Assembly (NCBI GenBank): GCA_963669175.1
Contig: OY769902.1
Location: 3,808,001 to 3,872,000, forward strand
Source of the DNA: a bacterium
GTDB taxonomy: Bacteria; Electryoneota; Electryoneia; Electryoneales; Electryoneaceae
DNA: 64,000 nucleotides
Direction: 5' to 3'
The notes beneath the pieces were generated by a model. It saw only the letters and a program-made list of their open reading frames with translations, searched no databases and was not told the DNA's origin. Positions 20,548 to 30,660 of the stretch are shown in pieces. The first letter of the stretch is position 1; every line of letters starts with the position of its first letter. Both the position numbers and the translations under genes were made by a program.

Positions 20548-21025
20548 TTGATATCTTTCCATAGATTTCTATTTCGTTGATATCTTCCAACGATTTCTAT
20601 AACTGTTCTCGATTTTATTCCGACATAATAGAGATTACCGTGAAAAGGGGACGGGATCCTTTTCCTCGCACGCATTCAGAATACGCTTGCAACATTCATG
20701 GAAAAGGAAACTGTCCCCTTTTCCGTGTGATTCCTGCCCGCTCGCATGAAAAAGGGTACAGCCACCTTTCCCTAACCATATACGCATCGGACCACTTGAT
20801 TCCAGGGAAAGGAAACTGTCCCCTTTTTCCATATCCTCTTTCCGTATCACCAATAGATCGCTCGTTGGATACTATCATGACGATTTATTTTCAAGAGTAG
20901 CTATATTTCGTTGATATCTTCCAACGATTTCTATCTCGTTGATATCTATCAAAGATTTCTATCTCATTGATATCTATCAAAGATTTCTATCTCATTGATA
21001 TCTATCAAAGATTTCTATCTCGTTG
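20548..21025. repeat. 28-bp tandem array interrupted by a family A element
   Basis: GATATC at 20550, 20579, then 20913, 20941, 20969, 20997. Confidence 0.85.
20598..20905. mobile_element. MITE-like element (family A), TATA-flanked imperfect termini
   Basis: TATAACTGTTCTCGA ... TCAAGAGTAGCTATA; four internal AAAGG..CCTTT hairpins; homologous segments at 1-199, 44877-44942, 62655-62890. Confidence 0.6.
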
Positions 21026-21027
21026 TT

Positions 21028-21236
21028 TTAGCAGGCTTTAGCCTGCTCCTCTTAGCCCCCGGCTTCAGCCGGGGGGAAGCGGCAATAATCATATAGAGCG
21101 CCCTTCAGGGTGCTTTCCTGATAAGTACTCCCAATACCACCCCATACAAGCACGCTAAAGCGCGCTCATATATTTTGTTATACCCATTCACCCGGCTAAA
21201 GCCGGGTGCTAAGAGGAGCCTGCTGAAGCAGGCTAA
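21028..21236. repeat. REPIN-like inverted cluster of GC-TT(T/C)A-GC hairpins (family C)
   Basis: TTAGCAGGCTTTAGCCTGCTCCTCTTAGC at left; GCTAAGAGGAGCCTGCTGAAGCAGGCTAA at right. Confidence 0.8.
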
Positions 21237-21273
21237 CGGCTTTCAATTCAACAAAGAATCTCGTGAATTATCA

Positions 21274-21398
21274 TACTATATACTGACTTTATTTAATTTC
21301 CAAGTTAATTTCTACACTATATACTGGCCTATTTTATTTCCAGATTGATTTCTATACTACATACTGGCTTTATTTAATTTCCAGGTTAATTTCTATAC
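21274..21398 (-). repeat. 40/41-bp triplication of the 3' end of the adjacent dehydrogenase gene
   Basis: Three copies encoding (I/V)EINLEIK-stop on the minus strand. Confidence 0.9.
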
Positions 21399-22521
21399 CA
21401 CGCTTTAACAGCGAGGCCACCATATTGTCCGTGTCAACCGAGCGTTCCTGATACAACACGCCACGTTCCTGCAAACGACCGTCAAGAATCATATGCAGGA
21501 TGATTGTACCCGGCCAGGCCGTGCAGCGTTGCATCGAAGTGAAACCGTCCTCTTCGTCCATGTAGTCAACCATGGTGTATATAGCGCGCGCCATTTTGTT
21601 GTCCTTCTTCCCCACCACGGTAACCCGCATCAGGGTGACATCCGGCGCATTGTGCGGCAAAGAATTTGTCAGCATGGCTTCAAACACTTCACGCGGCACA
21701 ACATCGCGTCCGTTGATGTTGACAACCTCTTCCGACCGGAACCCTATATCAAACGCGAAAGTGATCAGCCTGGAATGACCAGGATAACGAAGCGTCTTGC
21801 AATCCAGCGTCTTTAACTGATCCCCGAATGTCTGGGGCAAGGTAGAGACACCACCTGACGTGTAAAAAGCTTCGTACTGACGTCCTTCAAAATCAAGTAT
21901 TTCCAGTCCGGTCAAGGATGGCTTGGTTGTAACAATGCCGTTCTCGATAACCACGCTGGGTTCGAGGTATTCATTGGTCAGCCCACGTACGCTGAACAGC
22001 AGCGAATAATTCAGCGGCGGAATCGGTTCCTGCGGTAGTCCTCCAACACGAATATTCGCGGCATGTGCTGTATCCAACTTGCTGATCCCCCCGGCAACAA
22101 GAATCCCGGCTAATCCTGGGGTCAATCCTGTATCCGGTACGATGGCGACCCCTGCTTCCTTCGCCTGGACATCAAGCTTATGCTGATTGTCCACAACTGT
22201 ATGGTTCCCACCATAATCGATGGCATTACAGTGTTCAGCAATGGCCCACTCTGTAAGTTGCTCGTTCAGCGCGTAATCAGCCGCGAACACGGCCCCATCA
22301 GCTTCACGTAGCAGTTCCCTGACTTTCGTTTCATCAGTGCAACTTACCTGAATTGTATGCGATTCATCCAGCTCCAGTTTTTCCCGCGCTATTGTCAGTG
22401 ATTCCGCCGAGGCATCCGCGATTTTCACCTCGTATCCATCTTTTCGCAGAAAATCCCAGGCCGCCGACATCCCCTGGCGTCCGCCGCCAAGCACAATAAC
22501 CTTCTTCAATGACTGAGCCAT
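21370..22521 (-). CDS. Saccharopine dehydrogenase family / lysine 6-dehydrogenase-like
   Basis: VLGGGRQG, DTGLTPG, VGGLPQ, FSVRGLTNEY, KTLRYPGH; start MAQSL after GGAGAGG. Confidence 0.88.
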   Translation of the reverse strand: MAQSLKKVIVLGGGRQGMSAAWDFLRKDGYEVKIADASAESLTIAREKLELDESHTIQVSCTDETKVRELLREADGAVFAADYALNEQLTEWAIAEHCNAIDYGGNHTVVDNQHKLDVQAKEAGVAIVPDTGLTPGLAGILVAGGISKLDTAHAANIRVGGLPQEPIPPLNYSLLFSVRGLTNEYLEPSVVIENGIVTTKPSLTGLEILDFEGRQYEAFYTSGGVSTLPQTFGDQLKTLDCKTLRYPGHSRLITFAFDIGFRSEEVVNINGRDVVPREVFEAMLTNSLPHNAPDVTLMRVTVVGKKDNKMARAIYTMVDYMDEEDGFTSMQRCTAWPGTIILHMILDGRLQERGVLYQERSVDTDNMVASLLKRGIEINLEIK

Positions 22522-22721
22522 GCGTACCTCTCCCTTGCAGTTTCCCCAATCTTTGAAAGTAGGCAACACAGCCCACAGGAACAATGCTGACACGAAAAAA
22601 CACTACGCGAGATAAGGCTTTCACTTCTCCGTTTATTCTATAAAATACAACAAAATAAGGCTACCTCCGAAGAAGCAGCCATGATTTAAAAGGATGTGCT
22701 GGAAGTGTTATCCGGTTTTAT

Positions 22722-24035
22722 TCAAGCCGTCTGAATGTTCAGCAGAAAACGCCAAACTGGTATTACTGTAATTCCCCCTTCCTCGACTTCGATTGTTTCT
22801 TCTTCGCTTCTTGTGACAATTATACCGGATGTGAGCCTTAGCTCGTTCATCGCTTCCCGCATTGACTTGATTTCACGTTCTCGAGTTCCAGAATCAACCA
22901 ATGACTCGCAAACCTGTACCAGAAGATGGTTCTGGCCTTTCACCGGTACGATAAAATCAATCTCGCGACCATGCTTTGTCTTGTAATAATAAATATTTGG
23001 ATAATGCTGACGCAAAGCTACAAACACCAGGTTTTCCAAGAGATGCCCAGAGTTCACCAAAATCCCGGACGACACCGATGTTACCAGGGCATGATCAATA
23101 CAGTAAATCTTCTTTGGATTTGTATTGCTTCGTGCCATGGACGCATCGAAAATGCGCACAGTGAAAAGGAAATAAGCATCTTCAAGCCATTCCAGGTAAT
23201 CCGACACAGAAGCCTTGGGGACACTATGTCCAAGTGATTTCAGGTAGCCGGTCAATCGGTTCACTGAATAGAGCGATGCACAATTGTCAAGCAGCCAGTG
23301 TGCCAGATCAGATACTGCTTTAGGATGCGAAATGTCATGGCGTTCTATCAAATCCCTCAACAGGATGGTTTGAAAATATTCCTGATACACTTTAATCCTG
23401 AGGTTCCTGTTCAGGTTACGCACCTCAGGAAAACCACCGGTCTCCCAGAATTCCGCAAAAGATTTCTGTACCAGTAAACGCTGTTTCGAAGATAATGTCC
23501 CGTGGTAATCAACACCTTTCCAATCCAGATATTCCTTAAAAGAAAAGGGGAATATTTCCCATGATAAAGCTCGCCCCCGCATCTGCGTTGCAATCTCTTT
23601 CGAGAGCATATGTGCAGATGAGCCTGTCAAATAGACTTCACATATTTCAGTCCGCAGAAGACGATCAACAAACGATTCCCATCCATTCACCGCCTGGATT
23701 TCATCGAAGAAACAATACACCGTTTCAGAATTTTTCTTCTCCGGGTATAGTGAATAATAAGCTTCTGATATCAAATTCAAGCCCTCATGACGAAGGGTAT
23801 GCAGGCGATCATCGAAGAAGTTGATATACAGAATATTCTCATGCGCGACTCCATTAGCCAGCAGTTGTTCGATCACCTGGAATAGATACGTTGATTTGCC
23901 ACTTCTTCGCACACCAATACAGACAGAAGCTTTGCCCTGGATCGTTTCAATATGCAGATGTCGTGGCACACCTGTTTCACGGTGTGCTTCGTGAAAATCC
24001 AGGATTATGGATTTGATTGTCTCGATCACTACCAC
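22722..24035 (-). CDS. AAA_14-type ATPase with DUF4143-like C-terminal domain
   Basis: GVRRSGKS, FFDEIQ, LTGSSA, GGFPE, KKIYCID, LLENLV, EIDF. Confidence 0.9.
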   Translation of the reverse strand: MVVIETIKSIILDFHEAHRETGVPRHLHIETIQGKASVCIGVRRSGKSTYLFQVIEQLLANGVAHENILYINFFDDRLHTLRHEGLNLISEAYYSLYPEKKNSETVYCFFDEIQAVNGWESFVDRLLRTEICEVYLTGSSAHMLSKEIATQMRGRALSWEIFPFSFKEYLDWKGVDYHGTLSSKQRLLVQKSFAEFWETGGFPEVRNLNRNLRIKVYQEYFQTILLRDLIERHDISHPKAVSDLAHWLLDNCASLYSVNRLTGYLKSLGHSVPKASVSDYLEWLEDAYFLFTVRIFDASMARSNTNPKKIYCIDHALVTSVSSGILVNSGHLLENLVFVALRQHYPNIYYYKTKHGREIDFIVPVKGQNHLLVQVCESLVDSGTREREIKSMREAMNELRLTSGIIVTRSEEETIEVEEGGITVIPVWRFLLNIQTA

Positions 24036-24159
24036 CTCCGGACAAATATTTTTCCAGAAACACGATCAACCGGTAATAAATATAGCCAGTTCACCCCCAA
24101 GATGCAAGCGATCCTGAAAGGAAACGATGTTCTAATCCTTTACTATAATTCGCAGTAAC

Positions 24160-24188
24160 AAAAGAACCGGCAAAAGCATTGCCGGTTC
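24160..24188 (-). terminator. Likely terminator of trxB
   Basis: GAACCGGCAA..TTGCCGGTTC with A-rich left flank. Confidence 0.6.
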
Positions 24189-24217
24189 CCGATATGACAA
24201 CAGGTTTAGTAGAAAAT

Positions 24218-25204
24218 CTACTCAGCGCTCTCCATCCAGCGTTCACATTCGATAGCAGCCATACAACCGGTTCCGGCTGCTGTGATCGCCTGACGGTATA
24301 CCTTGTCACGAACATCACCGGCAGCAAAGACGCCTTCGATCTTTGTTTTTGAGGTGCCTGGCTCCACGATCAGGTAGCCGGTTTCATCCAGTTCCAACTG
24401 ACCTTCAAACAGGGTTGTATTCGGTGTGTGCCCGATTGCAATGAACAGGCCACGAACCGGAAGCTCGGAAAACTCGTTGGTTTTGACATTCTTCAGCTTG
24501 AGGGCTTGTACGCCATCTTCACGTGTGCCCATGACTTCTTCCACCACGGAGTCCCATACGAACTCAATCTTGGGATTCTCCAACCCCTTCTGCTGCATGA
24601 TCTTGGAAGCGCGCAGTTCATTGCGGCGATGAATCAGGTATACCTTGGTAGCAAAGCGTGTCAGGAATGTGGCTTCTTCCAAAGCAGTATCTCCACCGCC
24701 AACCACGGCAATATCCAGATCCTTGAAAAAAGCGCCATCACAGGTAGCGCAGGCCGACACACCGAAGCCCTTGAAATCGGCTTCTCCCGGTACGTTCAGG
24801 TAACGTGCCGTGGCGCCGGTAGCGATGATGACACTATCAGCCAGAATCTCTTCATCTTCTACCCACAGCTTGAACGGACGACCATGGGTCAGGTCCACTT
24901 TGGTCACATCCTCCTGGCGCAGTTCTGCGCCAAAACGCTCAGCCTGCTTGCGCATCTGGTCCATCAAGTCGGGTCCGGTGACACCTTCCGGGAATCCCGG
25001 GAAGTTTTCCACATCCGTCGTGATCATAAGCTGACCACCAGCGGCATAACCTTCCATAACCAGCACGTTCAGATCAGCGCGTGCGGTGTAAATCGCGGAT
25101 GTCAAGCCGGCCGGTCCGCTTCCGATAATTACGACCTGGTAATGCTTGGTACCATTGTCAGAAGTCTTTTTCGTGCCTGAATCGATGTTTACGTTGATGT
25201 CCAT
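24218..25204 (-). CDS. trxB: Thioredoxin reductase
   Basis: GSGPAG, CATCDG, GGGDTA, FAAGDV. Confidence 0.97.
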   Translation of the reverse strand: MDINVNIDSGTKKTSDNGTKHYQVVIIGSGPAGLTSAIYTARADLNVLVMEGYAAGGQLMITTDVENFPGFPEGVTGPDLMDQMRKQAERFGAELRQEDVTKVDLTHGRPFKLWVEDEEILADSVIIATGATARYLNVPGEADFKGFGVSACATCDGAFFKDLDIAVVGGGDTALEEATFLTRFATKVYLIHRRNELRASKIMQQKGLENPKIEFVWDSVVEEVMGTREDGVQALKLKNVKTNEFSELPVRGLFIAIGHTPNTTLFEGQLELDETGYLIVEPGTSKTKIEGVFAAGDVRDKVYRQAITAAGTGCMAAIECERWMESAE

Positions 25205-25225
25205 CTACTCCCCCATTATGTCGGG

Positions 25226-25957
25226 TTATCGTTTATGTTCTGTTTCCGCAGAATGTAACAGTGCGAGGGCAACTGGAACAGCAGTTTCGGTTCTGAGCCT
25301 GCGTGGACCGAGCGAAATTGGTGTCCAGTTTTGATCTTTCAGGAAAGCGATTTCATCCTCGTGAAAACCACCTTCCGGCCCGATGATCAAAGCAATTTCG
25401 CTTCCTTCCTGAATTGCCACAGGTTCATCTCCTTCAGGATCGCAGTAGAAACGATATGCCGTGTCAGCTTTTTCGATGCACCAGGACAACAATGGTTGCT
25501 CGTCATGAATGGCTGGCACGAGCCCACGTGCTGTCTGTTTGGCAGCATTCAGAGCACGTTTCTCTGTTTTTTCCGCACGCTGGCGTGACCAGGACGCGAC
25601 ATTATGGCGCATGACCAGAGGTGTGACATCATATACCCCGGTCTGCACTGCCTGGTCAACGGCGTCCATGAACTTGTCCGCCTTGAGCACCCCGAGTCCC
25701 AGGGAGATTTTGAGCGTTGGTTCTCCCCATCGTTCGAGATGCTCTTTCAATGAACAAAGCGCTTCCGTCTTTGACGCAGCAGAATCGAAAACCGCATTCC
25801 AGGCCGATCCCATCCCATCAATCAGGATCAACTGGTCACCGGGAGTTGCCCGACGCACACGTAGCAAATGATGCGCTTCTTCATCACGCACCACCGCACG
25901 CGCCTCTACCGGATCAACGTCTTCCGGTTGTACTCTGTATACTTCGATCTGTGCCAT
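25226..25957 (-). CDS. rsmE: 16S rRNA m3U1498 methyltransferase
   Basis: HHLLRVRR, IGPEGGF, LGPRRLRTETA. Confidence 0.95.
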   Translation of the reverse strand: MAQIEVYRVQPEDVDPVEARAVVRDEEAHHLLRVRRATPGDQLILIDGMGSAWNAVFDSAASKTEALCSLKEHLERWGEPTLKISLGLGVLKADKFMDAVDQAVQTGVYDVTPLVMRHNVASWSRQRAEKTEKRALNAAKQTARGLVPAIHDEQPLLSWCIEKADTAYRFYCDPEGDEPVAIQEGSEIALIIGPEGGFHEDEIAFLKDQNWTPISLGPRRLRTETAVPVALALLHSAETEHKR

Positions 25958-26191
25958 GCAGCAAAGATAGAATGAGTAATAACGTGATGCTATTCGAAGG
26001 ACTCAAATTTTCCCTCCGGGCGCTTTTCCCCTTCCTGCCCATTGAATGTGAAATATTCTTGCAAATTGCTCTCATTTCCACTAGTTTGGAAGATTCGGGT
26101 ATTCAATACATACAACATTCGCTGCACTGGTTTAACACCTTTCCAGTGCGACGGTTAAAGCGTTTTGTTTCGCCAGTCAGGAGGACATATC

Positions 26192-27808
26192 GTGATAGGG
26201 AATCAGGAAGCTGAAAACGCTCTCCGAGCTATTCTGGAAGAACGAGACAAAGAAATTGAGCCACTTCGTATAGCTTGCAACGAGGCAGAATGGCAAGCAT
26301 TGATGACTGGTGCAGAAGCAGATTTCAATGCGTTTGAGGAAGCGGAACGCACCCTCAAGTTGAAGATGGGAAACCGTGAACTGCTGGAAGAATTGAGTAA
26401 ACGGTTGAGCGATCCGGGTGTTCAGGATCATATGGTTCGCCGTTGGGCTCATCTTCAGCGTCTGGAAATGGTCCCGAACTGCCTGGAAGAAGAAGTCCTC
26501 GCCGACTTGATCAGCCGTCAGAAAAAGATCGAAGCCAAGGTCAATAATTTCCGTCCGCAAGTGTCTGGTGAAACAGTTACCATGAACCAGATCAAGGACA
26601 TTCTTCGCAACAGCAAGGACATGGGATTGCGTCATGAGACCTGGGAAGCCAGCAAAGAAATCGGCCCCATGATCAACGAAGAGCTGATCGAACTGATCAA
26701 GGCTCGTAACCTGGCCGCTCGTTCCATTGGTTTTCCTGATCACTACCGCATGTGTCTTGAACTGCAGGAAATCGATGAAGCCCGCCTGTTCAGCTCCCTC
26801 GGTTGGTTTGCGACCTTGAGTGAAGATGAATTTCGTCGCATGAAGGCCAAGCTGGACCGTCAGATGGCGGATCATTTCGATATCGATGTGACTGATCTTG
26901 AGCCTTGGCATTATTCTGATCCGTTTTTCCAGGAAGCGCCGGGTGTTGTCGCAGCAGATAGCGATGAAGTCTTTGGTCAGCAGGAGACATTGCGTTGGAC
27001 CAAGCGCTATTTCAAGAATATCGGGCTGCCCATCGACAACATCTTCGAGAAGGGCGATTACGAAGAACGCGCGGGCAAGTACCCCCACGCTCTTTGCCAG
27101 GTTATTGACCGGAAGAGCGATGTTCGCGTCCTGTTGAACGCCAAGAACGACACCTACTGGGCAGATACTTCGCTGCATGAATTCGGCCATGCGGTATATG
27201 AACTTCATTACGACAAATCCCTTCCGTTCACATTGCGTCAACCGGCGCATACAAGTGTTACGGAAGCCGTAGCGATGTTCTTCGGACGTTTGGCGCGAGA
27301 ACCCGAATGGCTGGCGATGATGTTCCGCCTGAAAGGTGAAACACTACGCAAGCTGTACCAGCCGATGAAGGAATGGCAACGCATGGAACGTGCGATCCTC
27401 GGCCGCTGGATCCTGGTGATGTCGCACTTCGAACGTGGTCTGTATCGTGATCCTGACCAGGATCAGCAGACACGCTGGTGGGATCTGGTGGAACGCTTCC
27501 AACTTATCCGCCCGCCGATGGGACGCAGTGATAAGGCAGATTGGGCAGCAAAAGTTCATATCGCTATCGCACCCGTGTATTACCACAACTATCTGTTGGG
27601 CGAGTGGATGGCCAGTCAGTTCCACTATTCCCTGATCAAAGACTTGAATCCGGAAGACCCTATCTGGGTGAACATGCCTCAGTTAGGCGAATGGTTCAAG
27701 GAGAAGATCTTCAAGCACGGATCTCTTTGGCACTTCAACGAGTTGATTCGTAACGTGACCGGGCATGCAGCTCGTCCGGATGAATTCGCTAACCAGTACT
27801 TGAGATAA
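26192..27808 (+). CDS. Zinc metallopeptidase (M2/M3-like gluzincin)
   Basis: HEFGH plus downstream TEAVAM; HI..PVYYHNY; GTG start after GGAGGA. Confidence 0.85.
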   Translation: MIGNQEAENALRAILEERDKEIEPLRIACNEAEWQALMTGAEADFNAFEEAERTLKLKMGNRELLEELSKRLSDPGVQDHMVRRWAHLQRLEMVPNCLEEEVLADLISRQKKIEAKVNNFRPQVSGETVTMNQIKDILRNSKDMGLRHETWEASKEIGPMINEELIELIKARNLAARSIGFPDHYRMCLELQEIDEARLFSSLGWFATLSEDEFRRMKAKLDRQMADHFDIDVTDLEPWHYSDPFFQEAPGVVAADSDEVFGQQETLRWTKRYFKNIGLPIDNIFEKGDYEERAGKYPHALCQVIDRKSDVRVLLNAKNDTYWADTSLHEFGHAVYELHYDKSLPFTLRQPAHTSVTEAVAMFFGRLAREPEWLAMMFRLKGETLRKLYQPMKEWQRMERAILGRWILVMSHFERGLYRDPDQDQQTRWWDLVERFQLIRPPMGRSDKADWAAKVHIAIAPVYYHNYLLGEWMASQFHYSLIKDLNPEDPIWVNMPQLGEWFKEKIFKHGSLWHFNELIRNVTGHAARPDEFANQYLR

Positions 27809-27809
27809 T

Positions 27810-28457
27810 ATGCAGATCGAAGCAATTCGAGTCGGAAGTTTGGAAACGAACGCACTCGTTGTCTATGACAGCGAGTGCGCTGTTATTGTAGATCCCGGTG
27901 ACGAGCCAAACCGATTTATCCACTTCCTGAATCAACGTCACCTGTCCCTGAAAGCGATTTTGCTCACTCACGGACACGGCGACCATATCGGCGCGGTGAA
28001 GGAGCTTCGTAATCACTTTGCCGATGCGGAAGTCGTGTGTCACCCGGATGACGCGCCCATGCTCACCGACCCCATGAAGAACCTGACGGCATTGATGGGA
28101 CAAAGCATCACTGCCGGAAAAGCGGACAAGCTGGTGAATGATGGCGATACGTTGACCTATGGTTCGATGTCCTTCAAGGTGATGCATGTACCGGGCCACA
28201 CACCCGGTCATATTGTTTTCCTGATCGAGAATCACCTGCTGGCGGGCGATACGCTGTTTGCCGGTGGTGTGGGACGATGGGATCTGCCGGGTGGCAATGG
28301 TAGAGTCCTGTTCGAGGCGATACAGGAAAAGCTGATGACGCTTCCTGACAATGTAAAAGTCTGGCCTGGGCATGGCGCAACAACAACCATCGGATTCGAA
28401 CGCCAGAACAATCCCTATCTGGAACCAGGATTTAATCCGGACATGATTGGGTTGTGA
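27810..28457 (+). CDS. MBL-fold metallo-hydrolase (glyoxalase II-like)
   Basis: THGHGDHIG, PGHTPG, GDTLF, PGHG. Confidence 0.93.
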   Translation: MQIEAIRVGSLETNALVVYDSECAVIVDPGDEPNRFIHFLNQRHLSLKAILLTHGHGDHIGAVKELRNHFADAEVVCHPDDAPMLTDPMKNLTALMGQSITAGKADKLVNDGDTLTYGSMSFKVMHVPGHTPGHIVFLIENHLLAGDTLFAGGVGRWDLPGGNGRVLFEAIQEKLMTLPDNVKVWPGHGATTTIGFERQNNPYLEPGFNPDMIGL

Positions 28458-28486
28458 ACATTTAATCATCCATAGCTACGACATTT

Positions 28487-28522
28487 AAAGGGTTGATTCG
28501 ACAATAGAATCAACCTTTTTTT
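28487..28522 (+). terminator. Rho-independent terminator
   Basis: GGTTGATTC..GAATCAACC followed by T-run. Confidence 0.75.
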
Positions 28523-28548
28523 AGTGTTGGAGACTGATTTCTGGCACT

Positions 28549-28655
28549 TCCACAGGATACTGATACCTCCAAGGGATACTGATACCTCCAAGGGATACTG
28601 ATACCTCCACAGGATACTGATACCTCCAAGGGATACTGATACCTCCAAGGGATAC
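28549..28655. repeat. 19-bp tandem array, about 5.5 copies
   Basis: Unit TCC(AAG/ACA)GGATACTGATACC; GGATAC at 28555+19n. Confidence 0.92.
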
Positions 28656-29360
28656 AACTCCGCAGTAGTTGGATAAGTGAGCCCCGGGTACGTGCCGTCT
28701 GTTTGGCACGCACCCAGGGTACAGTATTATCCAGTATTCTTACTCCGAAGGAGTTGGATAGAGTTCTCCCATCTATAGTTGGTTGCATAAATAATGGCTG
28801 CTCACAAGAATTTGTGCATACTTTCGAAGAGCACGTTTCGTCAGGTCTTGATGTGATGCCTTTTTCTTGTTCTTCTCCGCAATTTCAAACACCTGTCCGA
28901 CTTCACAGCTGCTATTTCGCATGATAGATGGTCATCAGGCATCACGTTGTGACCTGACGACAGCGAGAGTGCTGATACCGGTGGCAGGTCACAACGCGAC
29001 AATAACAGGACGCGAGGTGGTTTCAGTATCATCGTGCATCCAGGAAAACATAGCGAAAGCTGAAAACGGAAAGTCGCGTCAAGACCTGCCACAACATTGC
29101 CCGGATGCACAAATTCTTGTGAGGAACCTAAATAATGTTGCATTGGACAGTAAAACTTCGAGATCCCCGGTTGATCCCCGTCTACAACCTTCGGGGAGGA
29201 GATGACATGATGCGACATTTTTTCTGATGATCGCTTAATCAGCGTCTTCAAGCTTCTATCCAACTCTTTCAGAGTTGATTTCCTCTAAACATCAAACCCA
29301 AGGTAGGAGTCAAACTGACGACTCCTACCCTGGGCTCACTTATCTAACTCCTTCGGAGTA
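28656..29360. repeat. REPIN-like element (family D), inverted arms 28656-28763 and 29254-29360
   Basis: Arms share ACTCC..G.AGTT.GATAAGTGAGCCC and a stem closed by loop GTC(T/A)GTTT. Confidence 0.8.
28796..29128. mobile_element. 333-bp MITE with 24-bp TIRs and 8-bp target-site duplication
   Basis: GGCTGCTCACAAGAATTTGTGCAT / ATGCACAAATTCTTGTGAGGAACC; TAAATAAT at 28788-28795 and 29129-29136. Confidence 0.9.
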
Positions 29361-29463
29361 TTAACAACTACTATAGCAGACTGTGTGGACTCCTTTGGCA
29401 CAACAACAAATGTACGCTGATTACTTGAACTCCTTTGGCACAACAACAATTGTTTGCCACCTG

Positions 29464-30381
29464 CTACTTCAGAATCGCCTCAGCAATTTCCGGTCCAGCG
29501 ATACGGGAGAAAATGGTGACATAGGCGTGTGAAGTCATCGCCAGTACATCTTCCGGAAGTTTCGGCCCCGGAGGAGTTTTATCCCAGCCGCTCTCTTCCA
29601 GGAAATTCCGAACGATCTGCTTGTCAAAACTCGGCGGCTCCTGTCCGGCTTCAACCTGGTCCGCAGGCCAGAAGCGGCTGCTGTCCGGGGTGAGAACTTC
29701 GTCGATCAGGACAATCTCACCATCCAGCAGTCCAAACTCAAACTTGGTATCGGCGATGATGATGCCCTTGTCAAACGCGTAATCGGCCGCCTGGGTGTAG
29801 ATCTTCAGGGAAAGCTCTTCCAGCTTCTTCGCGTTTTCTTCACCGATGATTTCTGCAGCCTGTTCAACCGAGATATTCTCGTCATGGCCTTCAGTGGCTT
29901 TGGTCGAGGGGGTGAAGATCGGCTGCGGTAATTTCTGCGCTTTCTGCATCCCTTCGGGAAGCTTGTGACCGCAGACTGCCCCTGTCTTCATGTAATCCTT
30001 GTAACCAGAACCGGCAAGATAGCCACGAACAATACATTCTACAGGGAAAACTTCCGCCTTCTTCATCAACACACTGCGTCCGGTCAGGTCCAGTTTCTCT
30101 TCGTCTGACAATCCTGCCAATGCAGGCAAATCACCGGCAACATGATCTTCGATAAGAGCGTTCTTGACCGTCTCACCGAAGAAGCCAAACCAGAACAGGC
30201 TCATCAGGTTCAGGACTTTCCCCTTGTTGGGAATCGGGTCCGGCAGGATGACATCAAACGCGCTCAGACGGTCGGTTGTGACGATCAACAGCGTATCTTC
30301 ATCCACTTCAAACATCTCACGGACTTTCCCTGAGTTGATTTTCTTCAGGGGCAGGTCCAACGTATGCAAAGTATTACTCAT
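29464..30381 (-). CDS. purC: SAICAR synthase
   Basis: SGKVRE, TDRLSAFD, ECIVRGYL, ADTKFEFG, DEVLTPDSSRFW. Confidence 0.97.
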   Translation of the reverse strand: MSNTLHTLDLPLKKINSGKVREMFEVDEDTLLIVTTDRLSAFDVILPDPIPNKGKVLNLMSLFWFGFFGETVKNALIEDHVAGDLPALAGLSDEEKLDLTGRSVLMKKAEVFPVECIVRGYLAGSGYKDYMKTGAVCGHKLPEGMQKAQKLPQPIFTPSTKATEGHDENISVEQAAEIIGEENAKKLEELSLKIYTQAADYAFDKGIIIADTKFEFGLLDGEIVLIDEVLTPDSSRFWPADQVEAGQEPPSFDKQIVRNFLEESGWDKTPPGPKLPEDVLAMTSHAYVTIFSRIAGPEIAEAILK

Positions 30382-30660
30382 GGGTTTCCTCGTATGCTTG
30401 GGATTCTCGTTTCGATGCAGGAAAGTACACCTCCACCCTTTTTCCCGCAAGCGTATCATCTCGGTTGCGAGATTTCCGGGAGGGGCAACCCGGTGCGAAT
30501 GGAATGCTCTTTCCTCATAAATCCCGAGCCGCTCTTTGGCTGAAACAGTAACGGTAGATATGGATGCCTTTGCTTGCTGTGCAGAAGTGGAAATGTGATA
30601 ATTCCAGCGACTCGGGCCATCCGATCAACAAGCGTATTATCAAGGGCAAAAGATAAACAG

